DNA of 63,777 bases, filler included, from Reticulomyxa filosa (GCA_000512085.1; 22 parts of 22 records of this genome joined end to end with filler, not necessarily neighbours in it); one strand, 5' to 3'. Positions 46,452 to 61,196 are shown, counted from the first letter of the whole stretch. Notes: generated from the letters alone by a model not told the origin. Translations and numbers: made by a program.

Positions 46452-46860
46452 ATTGTCTCACAAACCAATGCTTTTTCTTGTTTTTTTTTTAATATCTTGA
46501 TGATATCAAAACACAAGCGTTTGCGCTTTGTCTTTATTATTCAAATACAGCACCCTTTTCTTCGAGAAAAACCAAACAACAAACTTCACGCTCCCACATT
46601 TCAAATAACTTGTTTAAATGTAACTGAAAAAAGTATGACTTCCTGATGATGTTTCACTGCTCAAGTTATTGTTCACTGTATCATTGACATGTGGCACAAA
46701 TACACTTCTGTTGTTGCAAATAATGCAATGAAAACGTATCCCAAAATTATTTTTCTTATGACAACGCAAGTAGAAATTAATTTTGTTTAAACAAACACCA
46801 AAAAAAAAAAGCACGGAAGACGGGGAAAAACAAACAAACAAAAAAAAAGCAAACATTGGA

Positions 46861-49800
46861 ATGACGAACGATTTATTTCAGGAGCTGAAAGATCTCCAAA
46901 ACACAAAGAAATTAAAAGAGCGGCGAGTATGTTTTGGTGTTGTTGGGTTTTGATGGTAAAGATCAGTTTGCACTTTGTGGAGTTGCGTTGTGTATGGGCT
47001 ACTTTCCTGTTAAAATGATAGGATAAATTTAAGCGAATCTATGACATGGTGTCATTGACGCAGTATTGCGAATATTTGACCCACAATTCGATTCAAAAAG
47101 CTCAGGAGGGACAAGAAGAGAAGAAAACAGAGAGCATTTCAGTCAATGAGATAACGTGGGGAGATCTGATAGTAGTAGTCATAGGAGCAATGGAAAGGGA
47201 GCTTTCTCAAGCGTGGACAACGCAAAAAGGAAGCATAAGAACCCATGTCAATGTAATGTATTCTGACTTTCAATCCATTGTAGCACGTGCAGAATCATGT
47301 ATCATTACTTCAAGCAAAGACAACAATAGAATACAAGAGATTATTATATATATACATATATACATATATATAAATATATGATTGTTTGTAAATCACAGGT
47401 GGACATCATTTAGAAAGTGTTATTGGAAATCTTATTGAGTTTATCCAAGAAGTAACCCGACACAAAGACAAATTGATTATTGTTCCCAATACAATTTTGT
47501 TAATTTTTTTTTAAATTGATTCTTTTCGATTGATTTGAATAGTCAATCAATACTTTTTTTTTTTTAAAAATAAAACAAAAAAGATGGATATTGCAAATGA
47601 TAAGCAAAAATCCGTTCTATTGCAAACGAATTGAACAAAGATATTTTGACAGTTTACTTTACTTTTTTTTTTTTTTTTTTTTTGGTGAGATTTGTTTCCT
47701 TGTTTGTATGGCTCTAGAAATCCTAAATGAAATGATAATGGCATTCATCGATGAAAGCAGTGCTTGGGGGAAAGTCTTGCATTACCAAGGGACTCTTCAT
47801 GTCATTTCTATTTCTCACATCTTGTCCAATCTGATCAAGTCGATTTCCAATGAAGAAATTGACCATTATTTGAATTCAATCATTTTCCCTTTTTTTGAAA
47901 AATTATTTCAGTTAATTCGTTTTGTTGACTTTGACAACACTATATTTCATTATATACACACATATATAAAAATATGAGATTTAAATGAATAAGAGCTTCT
48001 ATCTTTTTTTAAATGTGTTGGAACAACTTTTGCAAAGATTTCCTCTGAGTAATTATCACTGTGTGCTACTTAATGGATTAAATGATGTTTTGTCACAACA
48101 TGTATTCAATTCCCTTCATTCTTATCAATTCTTTCTCCCTCATGCACTTGCCTTTTTTGCCAAAGTTAACTTTTCTCATATTTGTGTCTCTTTTATTTGC
48201 TTGCGCGTTTGTCTTGTCATTGCTATTTACTGTCGAGTCATTTTCACACGTTTGTGCTTTGGTGTTAGCACTGGAAAGCAAAATCGGACCCAAATGTCCT
48301 AATCTTGAAAAAGGAAATGATTCGATTTTTGCAGTTGTTCCTGCGATTGTACAATTTCTTATTGCCAAGCAAAATATCGACGCTCCATTTGTGTATGCCG
48401 TCATTGATCAATTTGTATCGACTTATCAAATCTGAAATCTTTGAAAAAAAGGTGGGTGTTTTCATGTGTCTGTTTTTTTTTTGTTGCTATTATTTGTTTG
48501 TTCATTTTGCATTTGTTTAGCTATTTGTCCAAACAATGAACAAACAAATACACAAATGACAGCAAAAAAATAACAAACAAATAAACGCATTGGACACAAA
48601 AAATGTATCATCAAACAATGGCAACGACAAACTCTATTTACCGAATTACGAATTTTTCTCAATGACATCCGCCATGGTCGTGTTCATGGAAAAAGAGTAC
48701 ACACAAACGAATGAACAGCATCACCACCTGGCAAAAAGCGAGAGTGGTGGATCAAAGGACATTCAAGCCAAACCAAGAAAGCGAAAGCGTGAAGAGGACG
48801 TGATTGAATTGGATGGAGATATGGATGACATGTCGCACAAAAAGAAAATGAAAGTGAGCAAAGATCAACCACAGCATATTGAAATGGGAAGCATTCCGTC
48901 ATTGCATTCGTCCTCGCATTCTCTTACAGATACTGTCGCTTCGTCTTCCAGTCACACCGCCTCTTGTTTGTTGGAAGAGTTGACTGACAATGAAGAACGG
49001 CTATTGCATAACAATTGTCTGCATTTTTTGTATTTGTATTTGAAAGATATCAAACATGTTGTCATTCATGACGGGACTTATGACAAGCTGTTGCAAATCT
49101 TATTTTCTCAATTCAAAAGGTTATTAATGGAAAAAAAGATGCATTGCCTTTATTTCACCCTTTATCGAGATTGAACATACAAAAAAAAAACAAAAAACAA
49201 TAACAATAAACAAATTCAGATGTGCAATGGAAGATGAAAATCTTGCAATATGGACGTTGTTGGTATTAAGTGAATTATGCAAACACAATGGAAGTTCTGC
49301 CTCTTGCAATGACGGATGGACCAGTAATTTGAGCTGTTTGTTGTTCGATGGCATTTGGTCCAAAGATGTCATGTTTCTCACCTATCTTTGTCATCTGCTT
49401 GCTGAAATGATCAAGTTCAAAAAAATATCTCAACTTGGTCATTTGCAGAGTATATTCGTTAAGTCCTCCTTTTTTAAAAAAATTTTTTTTTTTGGATTAT
49501 AAAAAAAAAAAAAAAAGATATAAATATAATTTCTCTTTGTTGTCTCTCTCTCTCCTCTCCAAAGAATAAAATATTGCATTCGTTAATGGCCAAAAAAAAA
49601 TTGATCGAAATGACTCATTTGCTGACATTCTTTCAAGTGATGCATCACCTGTTAATTGCACTTCACCAGCACAAAGTGAGTTTGCTGGATGACACGATTG
49701 AAACGGCATTTCAATGGATATTTGATGGAGCACGCATTTCTGTGGAGCGATCAAATTCCAAGTGGGTGTCTTTGTCCACAATGCAAAGTGTGCGGAGCAT

Positions 49801-52800
49801 TGATTTGAGCATTGCCATAACGGATGTCATCAACAGCTTTGGGCTTGACACAGGTCAAAGTTGCAGTGCATTATTATGCCATTTGAGGAAATTGGGGGGA
49901 CACAAAGGAATTGAGTGCTTCTATTTTAACCAGCCGCTTTATTATTCCTCCCTCCAAACCAAGTTCAAACTGGATCACAAACATGTCTGCAGCATGGTGG
50001 AAGAAGGCTCCATTTCGAGCCGTCATTTGTCCAATGTGATCCCTTGTGAATTGTTGTCCCAAGAATGGATCCAAGAGGATGTCTTGGCAAATTTGTATCC
50101 AGTGGAACTTGGAATTCAGCAGCAAATGAACTCAGTAAACAATGAAAGTGCGGCTGATTCTGATGCATATACTATTGGAAAGCACTTTGTGTCCCCATTT
50201 GATAATGTAAGCACTTGTTTGTTAAATCCATTGAAATGGGAAGAAATGCAATTCACTGCATGTGCATTCCTGGATAATGAAAGTGTGGATTGCCCATTGC
50301 CATCGATCTCACAATCTCACAAAAAAAAGAAAGACATGGAGATATGTTCTGCACTACATCACCAAATTCGCATTTTGAAATGTTTGGGAAATGTGATTCG
50401 ACAGAATATCAATGATTGGAACAAGAAAAAGCAAATGAGCTCCAAAGCAGATGTTATTCACATGTTTTATTCCAATATTTCTTTCATGTTAATCCTGTTA
50501 TTGTCTGAAAAACAATGGAACTTGACCAAAGGCTATTCCCGTGTGTGTTGGACACACCAATACAAAACACAACAAAATGTAAATGATATCAAACTGAAAA
50601 CGAGACACTTGCAAACTTGGTTCAAACACATTGTTATGCTAGGTCAACTTGTCATCCAACTGTTGACCAGCTCCAATGACCTGTTATCGCAATACGCAAA
50701 TCACACAAATGATTGTTATTGGCTTGATAATCGTTACCCTTTGCCCGGCATCCACAGAGATATGCTTTTTGTTTTGGAGTTGCTCCATATTTGGTTGAAT
50801 GAAGTGCAAGAATGTATGAGATTGGTTGGCCATTCTCCACCGAATCAACATATACAAGTTGACCCACAAAACAACGCCTCAAAGGATCAAATACCAAAAG
50901 AAGAGCCTATGGAAGAAGACATGGCCCAGAAAGCCAATGCGATTGATGCCCATGAGCATGACTTAAAGTATGTGCACGATACACTGCGTGCTGCAATGCA
51001 AACATGTTGTCAAATTGTTACCCAAATTTACCAAACCAATTGCCAGACGGTTGTGCAAAGCCATCTCGAAAGCGCAAAAAGTATTGTTCAGTCATCCATA
51101 AGGACAGCCAACAAAGGTGCTTTGCAATCTTGCACACATATCATATGTACACACTTTTTTTTTATTTTTTATTTTTTATTTTTATTTTTCTATTGCAAAT
51201 AGTTGTTTACAGCTATCAAGATATACACATATGTAAATATATACATATATATATATATATGAACTCAATGTAGTTCAATACTCTTACATAATATGTACCT
51301 TGTCCTGTTGATTGTTTACAAATAGATAACTTTGACGAGGAGGACGAAGTAATAGAAAGAAAAACAAAGAAATTTGGAGTAAGTGAAATTAATACCTTGT
51401 TGAACATTGGAGACATTGTGTGGTTTGGGATCAAACATGGCTATGCTTGGCTTGACAATTACCAGCCATCTGTAAAGATCGCCCTCGAAATCGCCAAAAA
51501 TATGATGTTTTACCAGCCTTTTCTGATACGACTGCGTATGTGTCTGTTTGATTTGTTTTTGTTTTTTTTCTGTCCCTTTCTGGGGTTTGCGTGCACAGTG
51601 CCATATACTTATGGACATTGGATAAGAGCTTATATATAGTAATGGTGATGGCGATGGGGAATTACCAAAAATACTAACAGAGTTTCAGATGTTTTACTTG
51701 GCAGGAGATCGAGTGATGGAGCGAATCTTGAAACAACAGAGCAAAATGATCGTTTCGAGGAAAGATAATCCCTATTTTCAATGCGAGTGTATTCGCTTCT
51801 TGATTTTGCTGAAACGATCGCTTGCGTGTGGTAAGCGTCTCACGGTGTATCAAAAATCCAATGTCGTAGTGGATCAACTGTTTGAATCGCTGTTGAAAAC
51901 TGTTTGCAGTCAAACGGATGATACTATCGACACGTTTGTATTTTCGATTACTTTCATTCAAAGCAATTTTCTCAACTTATATTAATTTTGTGCATTGTCA
52001 TGTGTATGCATACATATACATATATTTATATATTTATATATGTGTATATGTATATTTTATGCAATAGATATCCATTACATCGATTGGCGGCTGTAACGCT
52101 TGCGCGACACTCCGTTTTAGCTTTTGGAAAAAGTTCGGTCATTGGCGCTTGGTTGAAGTACATAATCGAAACGTCGGCAGACTATGTTTTGAGACAACAA
52201 GTGTCTTTGCAAGTGCCCATGATTTTGCAACATTTCCAACTTTGCAAAGTGTTCCCAGATTTAATGAAGATCGCATTGTCTATGCTAACTGAAAAGACAG
52301 GTGCCAATGAAAACAACGCCAACGGCGTGCCTCTGGACTTGGTCATGAGCAATTTGTCGTTGCTGTCGCAATTTGCCTGCACTGACATTCGCTGTGAACG
52401 TATTGTATTGTTCCATCTTTGCAAGTTGTATGTTGCTTATCCAGAAGTGCAGTCCTTCATTTCCAAAGTTAGATGTTGTATGGAGCCCCTCTCTTTTTTT
52501 TGCAATTTGGATTTGCCATTTTTTTTTTTTTTTTAGCCTTCTGTTCATCACTCATAATAGGTGTTTGCAATTTGACTTTGAAACAGATGATCCATGGAAT
52601 CTCCAACAAACAAAGTGAAAAATCCACTGATTCGGTCATTGCGAAGCATTTGGTGTATTTGTTGAGTCGGTGGTGTGACTCCACATCGCCCTTTGTGCTA
52701 AGTCCAGATATCCCCGAGACTCCAGAGGCCGTCGCGCAACGCGATTCCGACAACGAACAGAAATGCTCACACGAAAAACCTATCGAGATCTTGCAGACCA

Positions 52801-52930
52801 CGTGTCCAATTGATTTGTTTCCAGTTGAACTCATCCAAAAAAACCTGGATTTTCTAGATTTCCTACAAGTGTTTCAGCGAGCTGTATTAATTGCATTGCT
52901 ATGGAGTCGATCTTTCGATGTTGTTCAAGG
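46861..52930 (+). CDS. ATM: ATM/Tel1 kinase, N-terminal HEAT half (kinase domain beyond the contig end), multi-exon
   Basis: TAN-like start LKDLQNTKKLKERR (cf. Tel1 LSSTKIKER), ITWGDLI..ERE and ILQMISKNPFYCKRI. Later DYVLRQQVS, ACTDIRCERIVLFHLCK (cf. human SCSPICEKQALFALCK), IAKHLVYLLSRW (cf. ASHLDYLVLEW), IDLFPVELI (cf. LSSFPFILL) and LDFL..VLIALL occur in the expected order. Comparisons are from memory. Confidence 0.75.
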
Positions 52931-55900
52931 TAAATCAGACAATAGAAAAAAAAGACACTACATACATATTATATATGCATATACATACATATANNNNNNN
53001 NNNNNNNNNNNNNNNNNNNNNNNNNNNNNNNNNNNNNTTAATTAATTAANNNNNNNNNNNNNNNNNNNNNNNNNNNNNNNNNNNNNNNNNNNNCTTCAAA
53101 ATAAAGTCAATAACACAAATGTATTATTGACAATCCGTCTTTAGGCCTTTGCTTTCGTGTAGAAGCCAAATAACACTCGTAACTATGTTACTTTGGCTAT
53201 CATTTTTCTAACAAAAACTTCACCAACATTGCAATAGATAATCATTGGCTAATGCGAAATATTCGATATCACAAGCCATAAACAACATTGCGGCTACTCC
53301 CATTCAGTAGGTACGCATGATCAAATTTTTACCAATTTTTTTTTTTTTACATCATCCATAAATTTTTTTTATACGTACGTATTGTTTCCCATTAGCATCC
53401 CTTTTATTTTATTTTCATGCTTGCTCCAAAGTTTAAATTTCCTTGTCCGCATTGAGCCAGTTACAACACTTGCTTGATGTCTCCACAAGATACTCATTTT
53501 CTAGCTTAGACATAGCATCAATAGTTTTTTCGCGTTTTTGGCTTTAACTTCCAAATGTGGCTTTTTTTTTTTAGCGTAAGCATGTGCTTCTTTGCAGCTA
53601 TGGATGCACAATTTTTTTGGAGTGCATGGTTATTTTTCTATTAACCAGGCACTGGTAAATCTCGAAAATGGAGCGTGTGTCGCTATTAAATATTTGTATT
53701 TCAGTCAGTTAAATATCAACAAAAGATTTTTTCTTGTCTCCCAGAAAATTCACACTCTGTCTCGCACAAACGACGGAAAATCCTTTTCAGTTATCATAAA
53801 ACTAAAATTACCTGAAAACAACATCAGGATTCACTTTCATAATGTACAATTGCTCGTCTTAACGTAGCGAGAAAATAACAAAACTTAAACAACAAAGCTT
53901 TTGTGTTCAAGGGGCTTTTTCTTCAAGCAACAATTTTTCCATTAAAAATAAAGCATAGTTGAAGTACTGTCAATTAAAGATAATTGGAGTTTTACATTTA
54001 AACGTGAAATTTTATATTTTTTAAGCCGTGAGACAAGGGATTAAGAATAAAGATATGTATGCATTATAACATGTGGGAAATTGAAAATAATCCGATCGAA
54101 AAACTCCAAGTGATCTTTCTTGGCATAATCTTTATCTTTTCAAGTAGGTTATGGTGGATTAACACTGTGAAAGTCAGCTCCAAGTTGGTGACATCGACTC
54201 CATATAAAATGATAGAGTGACTCAAGTCACTGTTACCACAGAGTTGTATCTCATGTACGATTTGGCTGATACAATCGTTGACATATCTTTGGAGCGGTAA
54301 CATGTAGCGATTAACTCCAGCGACTTCGATTAGCAAATGTGTAGCTAAATATATACCAAACTTCTCGAGAACGAAAAATTGCCATCTCAACAACTAGTAT
54401 GCGCGTAGGAGACGAGGGATCGTCTATCTTGTAAGTACAAATGTTTGAAATAGTTTATTTGCTCTCGGTAAAGGGACAGCATAAGAGATTGCAAGGTTGG
54501 TCATGACTTTGTTTGTTTTGGCAATGTGGAGTGAGAGCCAAAGTGCAATGCAAAGATTGATGTGCATACTTCGAAACAAACTCGNNNNNNNNNNNNNNNN
54601 NNNNNNNNNNNNNNNNNNNNNNNNNNNNTTAATTAATTAANNNNNNNNNNNNNNNNNNNNNNNNNNNNNNNNNNNNNNNNNNNNCAACAAAGCTGTAAAA
54701 GTAATTAAATTTTGGAATAATAGCTTTCTCAGACAAACATTTTTGAGAAAAAATTATTAGAAAAAAAGACTGTTGAAGTTTTATTTTAACTTTTTTTAAG
54801 TTGGTTTCCTTTTTTCAAATATATGATAACAGTTTGATATCAAATTCATGAAAAATTTTTGTAGAAATGATAATAGTAATAATTTTTTGAATTCACTTAA
54901 AAAAAAATCATGTTAGATATATATTATCATATAACAAAATTTTCGATATATAATTTATCAAATTAACATTGTGGTTAGTTAGTTTATGATAAGATGACGT
55001 TAACTAGTATAAGTTCACACACATTTAATATTTCTGGGGTGTTCAACCGGTATTAGTTAGTGGGTAAGCATCACTTGTTCGTAACGATAAGCACTAGCAA
55101 GATCGACGTTCCTTTTACAAACAATATATTTGTGCTCACGATAAATGTGGCAATTGCAAATTGGTGGACTTTCAGATATGTACAATGAGTCAATAGATCA
55201 GGTGAAATAATCTTTGCTCGTATCTGTTTGCAATTCATGCAGTAACACGTTCTGTATGATTTGATGCCTATTGGATCGATACATGCCAAACAAGGTACTG
55301 ACAATTGACGTTTCACTTTTTGAGGACATGATACTTTCACTTCGAGCCAAAGTTGGTTGGAAGTGAACTGCTATAAGCCCATATCAATGATTGAACCAAT
55401 GAAATTGATATTTGATGAGTCATTATCATCATCGTTATTTGATCGGGTGTTGGATATGGACAATGATCGCTTGGATCGATTGTCTGCACTCCAGTGATAA
55501 TGCAAAGTAGTTACAGTTTGTTCTTGACACTCCACATAGGCTAGATTCCTTCTATGCTTAATGACGGTACGTAGGCGCGAGGCGGTATGATCAAAGTGAT
55601 AATCAACTTGGAAAACTCGTATTCTAATTTGAAGCTCTTTTGGAAATCGCATTGCGGTAACAAAATGTACACTTGCTCTTGAATCATTTCGGTAATGCTC
55701 ATCGCCGCCAAACGTGCACGTAACGTAGAAACTTTCTAAAAAAATCATTTATTGAATAATTTGTTAGTTATTTTTATTGTTAACCTTTTTCATATTTTTT
55801 GAAAATACTTATGAAATCTTTAAATGTGTTTTTTCTTTTTCAAAATCATGAAATTTATCAATTTTTTCTTGTTTCATATTTTAATTGTGCTTCTTCAAAT

Positions 55901-57010
55901 TTGTTTCATTCGACTGTATTTCATAATTTTATCGAAATCATTGATTTATACAAATTTTATTCGTAAAGTTCGGATCCAATATGAATAATAATTTATTTTA
56001 TTTTTTGACTGTTCATTATTATTTGTCAATCAGTTTCATATAGTCAAATTTATTTTGTTTCGTTAACATAAATAATAAAAATAATTACTAACATTGAATG
56101 ATCACAGACTCTGAACCTCTCCGATTGCGACCAGACAACATAGTTTTGCTTAAATCATTTTACTGTCAATGCTAACTTGGTCCTCGTTTTCAAAAATCAG
56201 ATCGTTTAGCAGACCATCCGCTGTTGTTGATTACGCATTTTGATATCGACACGAGCTCACTGTCACCATATTCACAGTCGCAAAGTCCCCCTTGAACCTT
56301 ATATCAAATGTGATCTTGCTTAGCGCCTGCTTGCTTTCCTCGCACGCCCAGCAGCACGACTAACAGTTTACTGACTGATGCATTAGCTGTCGCAAATGTT
56401 TCTGGAGACTATTACCAAGAAGTAAGTATTTATATTAGTGCAGATGAAGTACACTAGGTTGCAAAGAAAACTGAACGCATAAAACGATATCATATGATGA
56501 TAATTGATTTTATCAATGAAAAATCAACNNNNNNNNNNNNNNNNNNNNNNNNNNNNNNNNNNNNNNNNNNNNTTAATTAATTAANNNNNNNNNNNNNNNN
56601 NNNNNNNNNNNNNNNNNNNNNNNNNNNNAACCACAAAAAGGGGTCAAAATAAACAACGATGCTCATTATGCTATGTTGCATTTTATATAAAAACAAATAA
56701 AAAAATAAAATAGAGAAATTTAAAAAAGTGATTTAAAACACCAAGCTAAGTTGTTCCAACCAACTCAATACAAAACAAATTAAAGCAAATTGGATGAAAA
56801 TCAAGGCAAAAAAAAAGAAAAAGAGATCAAACAGAAGTTCAAACTGATAGTGAAATATATCAAATCAGAATGACATCAAAGTCAAATCAATCACTTACAA
56901 ATTGGTTTTTGATCTCCCCAGTATAAGCCATAGGCAATATGTGTGGTTACAAAAAAAAAACATAATGACAAAAAAAAAAGCTAACAAACCTAAGAGTACA
57001 AACATTAACA

Positions 57011-57740
57011 CTACGAACCCAATACTTGATGTACATTCCTGACATGGGATGTCATTGCTGACCGTTGTCGAAATTGTCTACCGCAGTGCTTACATTTGTG
57101 AGGTTTTTGATTAGTATGAATTCGCATATGCACTTTTAAATTCCATTTCACCGCAAATCCACGGCCGCAAATTTCACATAAATGTGGTTTTTCTCCAGTG
57201 TGCGTTCTGTTAAACACGTTTTTATGTTTTTTTTATTTTGTTTGTTTTTTCTCTCTCCTCGTTACCGCTACGTACACGTACACACATTGTAAAATCTTCT
57301 TTTTAAAATTATTATTTGACATTTTTAGACAAAAAATTTGTCGCTATTTTTTTTTTTATTATTATTTTTTTTTTTGGAATAATTTTGTGGTCATAAAAAA
57401 GCCGCAAAAAAAAAAACACACATTATTTTTACACGTTACGTAAGTGTATATGTATGTGTAGATATGTGCGGCTCACCGTTCGTGGTCTTTCCATCTGTAG
57501 ACACAAAAAAGGGGAAGGTGCACATGTTTATACAACACAATGTAGCACATTGCAGCACATTTTGAAAACGGTTGGGAAACGAGGGATAAAAAATACATAA
57601 TAAGGGAACAAACAGATTTATGTATATTATACGTACCCATGGCATTGAGTGAATCGTTTTGGACAAAATCTGCATTGATAAGGCTTGGCACCAATGTGAA
57701 TATTGACATGTTCGACAAAATTCGTTTTACGTGCAAATTT
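57011..57740 (-). CDS. Tandem C2H2 (Kruppel-type) zinc-finger protein, last three exons (57637-57740, 57477-57494, 57011-57206)
   Basis: Spliced product KFARKTNFVEHVNIHIGAKPYQCRFCPKRFTQCHGWKDHERTHTGEKPHLCEICGRGFAVKWNLKVHMRIHTNQKPHKCKHCGRQFRQRSAMTSHVRNVH; GT-AG sites and phases are consistent. Confidence 0.92.
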
Positions 57741-57904
57741 CTGTTTTTTTTTTTTTTGTTTGTTTTTTTTTTTTNNNNNNNNNNNNNNNNNNNNNNNNNN
57801 NNNNNNNNNNNNNNNNNNTTAATTAATTAANNNNNNNNNNNNNNNNNNNNNNNNNNNNNNNNNNNNNNNNNNNNAAAAAAAAAAGTGCAATTTTTTTTTT
57901 TTTT

Positions 57905-58169
57905 GAGAGTTGGAATCAGTTATGCAAAAATGCAGGTGTGCTGATAATGCTTACAAAATTAGACAATGGAGTTCTGCAAAAAAAATGCGAAGAATGAAGC
58001 AGAAGTGATACACAAAGCAAAAACGGCGTTGTCCCAAGCCCCAAAGCTGTACAAAATCGACGCCAAATTTGAGCCCGTTCAGTTCCATCTGGATACCTTG
58101 CAATGGCAAATCAATCAAATCGGGGTGCAGTCTGTCGATGCTATCCATTACAATAACAATAATAATAAT

Positions 58170-58209
<40 letters not shown>

Positions 58210-58908
58210 GCAACAATGGCAATGGCGTCAAAGCACAGACGTCAGCAAGTCGACATGCGAAGCAACCCAGCGCACCAGCTCAGAGTCTCAACACAGCCAA
58301 TAATCACAATAACAATCCGTCTCAACTCTTGTCGAATCAAGACATGAGAGCTGTTTGCTTATATATGCATATACACATATACATATATATCATAACATAT
58401 ACGTATATAGCCTCTTAACACATATTGTGAGTTTGTTTGTGTTGGTCCCTTTTCCTTTTGTAACTCCTTGCACTCGGTAGCTTGTAACAACAATGTTCGG
58501 ACAACAAGGAGGAAATGCTGCAAGAAGGACCACCACCGTTCACCAGGCCCCAGCTTCTGTCGAGCCTATTGTTACTTTTTTTTTTTTTTTTTTTTGGTAT
58601 TCTTTGCAATTCTTATTTCCATCAAAAAGGGGAGGGGGGCAATAATATATCTGTATATATATATTTTTTTGTATTTGTGGTGGCGTTTACAATAAAACGG
58701 GAAAAGGCGGAACTAACTGCTACTGAAATGGCGTCATAGGGTTTTCGGACGATGATGAAGACAGCGATGGTGAGAAAAAAAGCTGAAGTTGTATCGCAGC
58801 AATGTGAGAACGGACTCCAATGTGGACGAAAAATCACCCAGTGTGGGTCCGGTGAAAAATAACTCCCAGGGTAAGGATGTCTGGGATGGTGAAAGCGACG
58901 ATGACTAA
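57905..58908 (+). CDS. 3' exons of a hypothetical protein with a helical segment, poly-Asn tract and acidic tail
   Basis: ORF 57966-58350 contains (AAT)n; a probable last exon ends ..KDVWDGESDDD* at 58908. Confidence 0.45.
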
Positions 58909-59756
58909 AATTTGACTTTTATTTGCATCTTGTTCAAACAGCAATTTATTATGCTGAGAATCTTTTTTTTTTTTCCATTTATTTGTTCTTGTTCTTTTTC
59001 TGTTTATGTTGTTGGTTAGTCCCTTTTGTAAAATATGTCTATCCATTCCAAATTATTCTTTTTTTTAGAAACAATAAATCTCTTGTTCTTATCTCTCTCT
59101 ACAATGCTATGGACCTATCTCAGCCTTCTTTTTTTTTTAAAGACAGGAGGAAAAAAAAAAGGGGCTTGGATTGACGTTTCTTTTTACGTTCATTGCTACT
59201 ATTTCTCACTAATTCGAATAAAATATAAATGGCAAGAAAAAAAAAAATCACGTTTCATTCTAATTTACAAAACAAAATAACCTCTTGATTTGCACCGATT
59301 AGCCATATCTTCACCTGAATTAAAGCAATATAGCAAAATGCATTTTGTGACTATCTCTCGTTTGCTTTTATTTGTCCATTTTCTTTTGTGGATAGATATT
59401 GTCAAAAAAAAATAAATGGACGTGCATAATCATTTATCCCTCTTAGATTCATATCATCTTGCAAAAAAAAAAAAAAGAATAATTTGAGCTGATGTATGAA
59501 ATGCGCATATGATGTCTCACGTAGCAGATTGTAGTTGCCCCTCTCTCCTCCCCCTTCGGAGGGAAAGAACAGCAAGACAAGTTAGTTTCAATAAAACTTG
59601 TGAAGTTAAAAAAAACGCAAGAATGTGAGGAAAGCTCAGTTCCAAACAATAGATAANNNNNNNNNNNNNNNNNNNNNNNNNNNNNNNNNNNNNNNNNNNN
59701 TTAATTAATTAANNNNNNNNNNNNNNNNNNNNNNNNNNNNNNNNNNNNNNNNNNNN

Positions 59757-59794
<38 letters not shown>

Positions 59795-59899
59795 CATTTG
59801 TGTCAATGAGTTTTTTAATTTTCACATTACATTATACAAACATAATACATATACGTATATATATTCTCTATTTGAATTATATGTTGGATTGTGAGATAA

Positions 59900-61196
59900 A
59901 CTTCTCTAAATGCAGTAAAGTCAGTTCGTTTTGCCCACTCTTCACGCTGTGCTTCGTCTGTGTCATCGTTGGAGAAGGGAGATTTTAATGGACCTGACGT
60001 GGCTGTATCGGATGAAGATGGCTGTGATTGTGGTTGTGTTTGTGATGATGATGATGATGATAATGATGATGATGGGATATTTGACATTTTGTAATCCTTT
60101 GATAGCTTGTTCAAGAGCAATTCACTTTCGGGCACTTTAAAACGCAAAGGGTCGTATTGGATGTGGTTGATTGGCCAAGTCTGCAACACCTCAATGGAAT
60201 CGGACAGTATATCTTTGTCATCGATTGTGGAGAGAAGTTGTTGCATAGAATGGGTGGATAAAGGGACATATTTAACAGTAATGCGTTGATTTTGTGGGTC
60301 ATTTTCAATGGGTATTACAGGTCTCCAAAACTTGTTTTCGAAATCGTACAGTCCAATCCCAACTTTATGTTTGACAAACAGATCATGCGTTTCGTGATAC
60401 AACAACCAACTTTGATTTTCAAATGTCTCTGTATGTTCCTGATCATTGCGATTCATATGTTCTTCAGGCGTGTGAGTAGTGCCATCGATTTCCCGGACGA
60501 CAGTTTCCATGTCGTCACAATCTGCTCTGGCGCTGTCATTGGACACTCGTCTGCTCATGGGATGGGGATACGTGTCGTCTTCGTCAAACGAACGATCAAA
60601 GTCGGCCACGCCCGCCTCAATGCTACCAGCACCACCACCACCACCACCCCCGCCGCTGGCACTATTTTGATGTGGTCTTGTCGGATTTTCCGCGTTCCCC
60701 AGACTCTCTTGAATGGCTCTTGCGATCATGGCCTCTTCGTCCTCGACATCGTTGGCATAATCGTCCATTTCAAATACGCCACTTTTCTTGACGTAGAGAT
60801 CCTGTACATGACTAGACAGATCCGCTTCTTCCAAGGTTACTGGTCCTTGTACAGCTCTGTCGCTGTCATTGTCATCTTGATGATTGCTTGAGCGGATTGC
60901 TTCGTTGTTATTGTTATTGTTATTGTTATTGTTGCGTTCGTGTGTGCTTGAGCCGACATCATTACTGTTATTCGATGTCTTATCACTGTGCGATGTTACA
61001 TTCGTAGTCGAGTTTTGATTTTGACTTTGTACATTTGCATTTGCATTTGTATTTGCATTTACATTTGTATTTGCATTTACGCTTGCATTTGCGTTTGCGT
61101 TAGCGTTAGTGCTAGCACTGCCATTGTCATTTGCGTTTGTGTTCGTGCTGCTTTGGTTTTGTGCATTCGTGTTGTCTTGGTTCGATGGCTTTACAC
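59900..61196 (-). CDS. Ubiquitin-interacting-motif (UIM) protein, internal exon
   Basis: EDEEAMIARAIQESL matches the UIM consensus (eEe.l..Al..Sl). Upstream (NA)n and poly-N tracts, then poly-G and a globular unassigned region. Confidence 0.6.

Noticed and set aside
53094-56528. Minus-strand ORFs 54064-54393, 55071-55340 (Cys-rich) and 55371-55748 as transposase or zinc-finger genes
   Set aside because: No DDE or zinc-finger spacing recognised and interrupted by stops; possibly decayed genes but unassignable.
57966-58135. TRIM-like B-box C-terminal coiled coil
   Set aside because: Only a vague resemblance, and no B-box or RING is visible in the contig.
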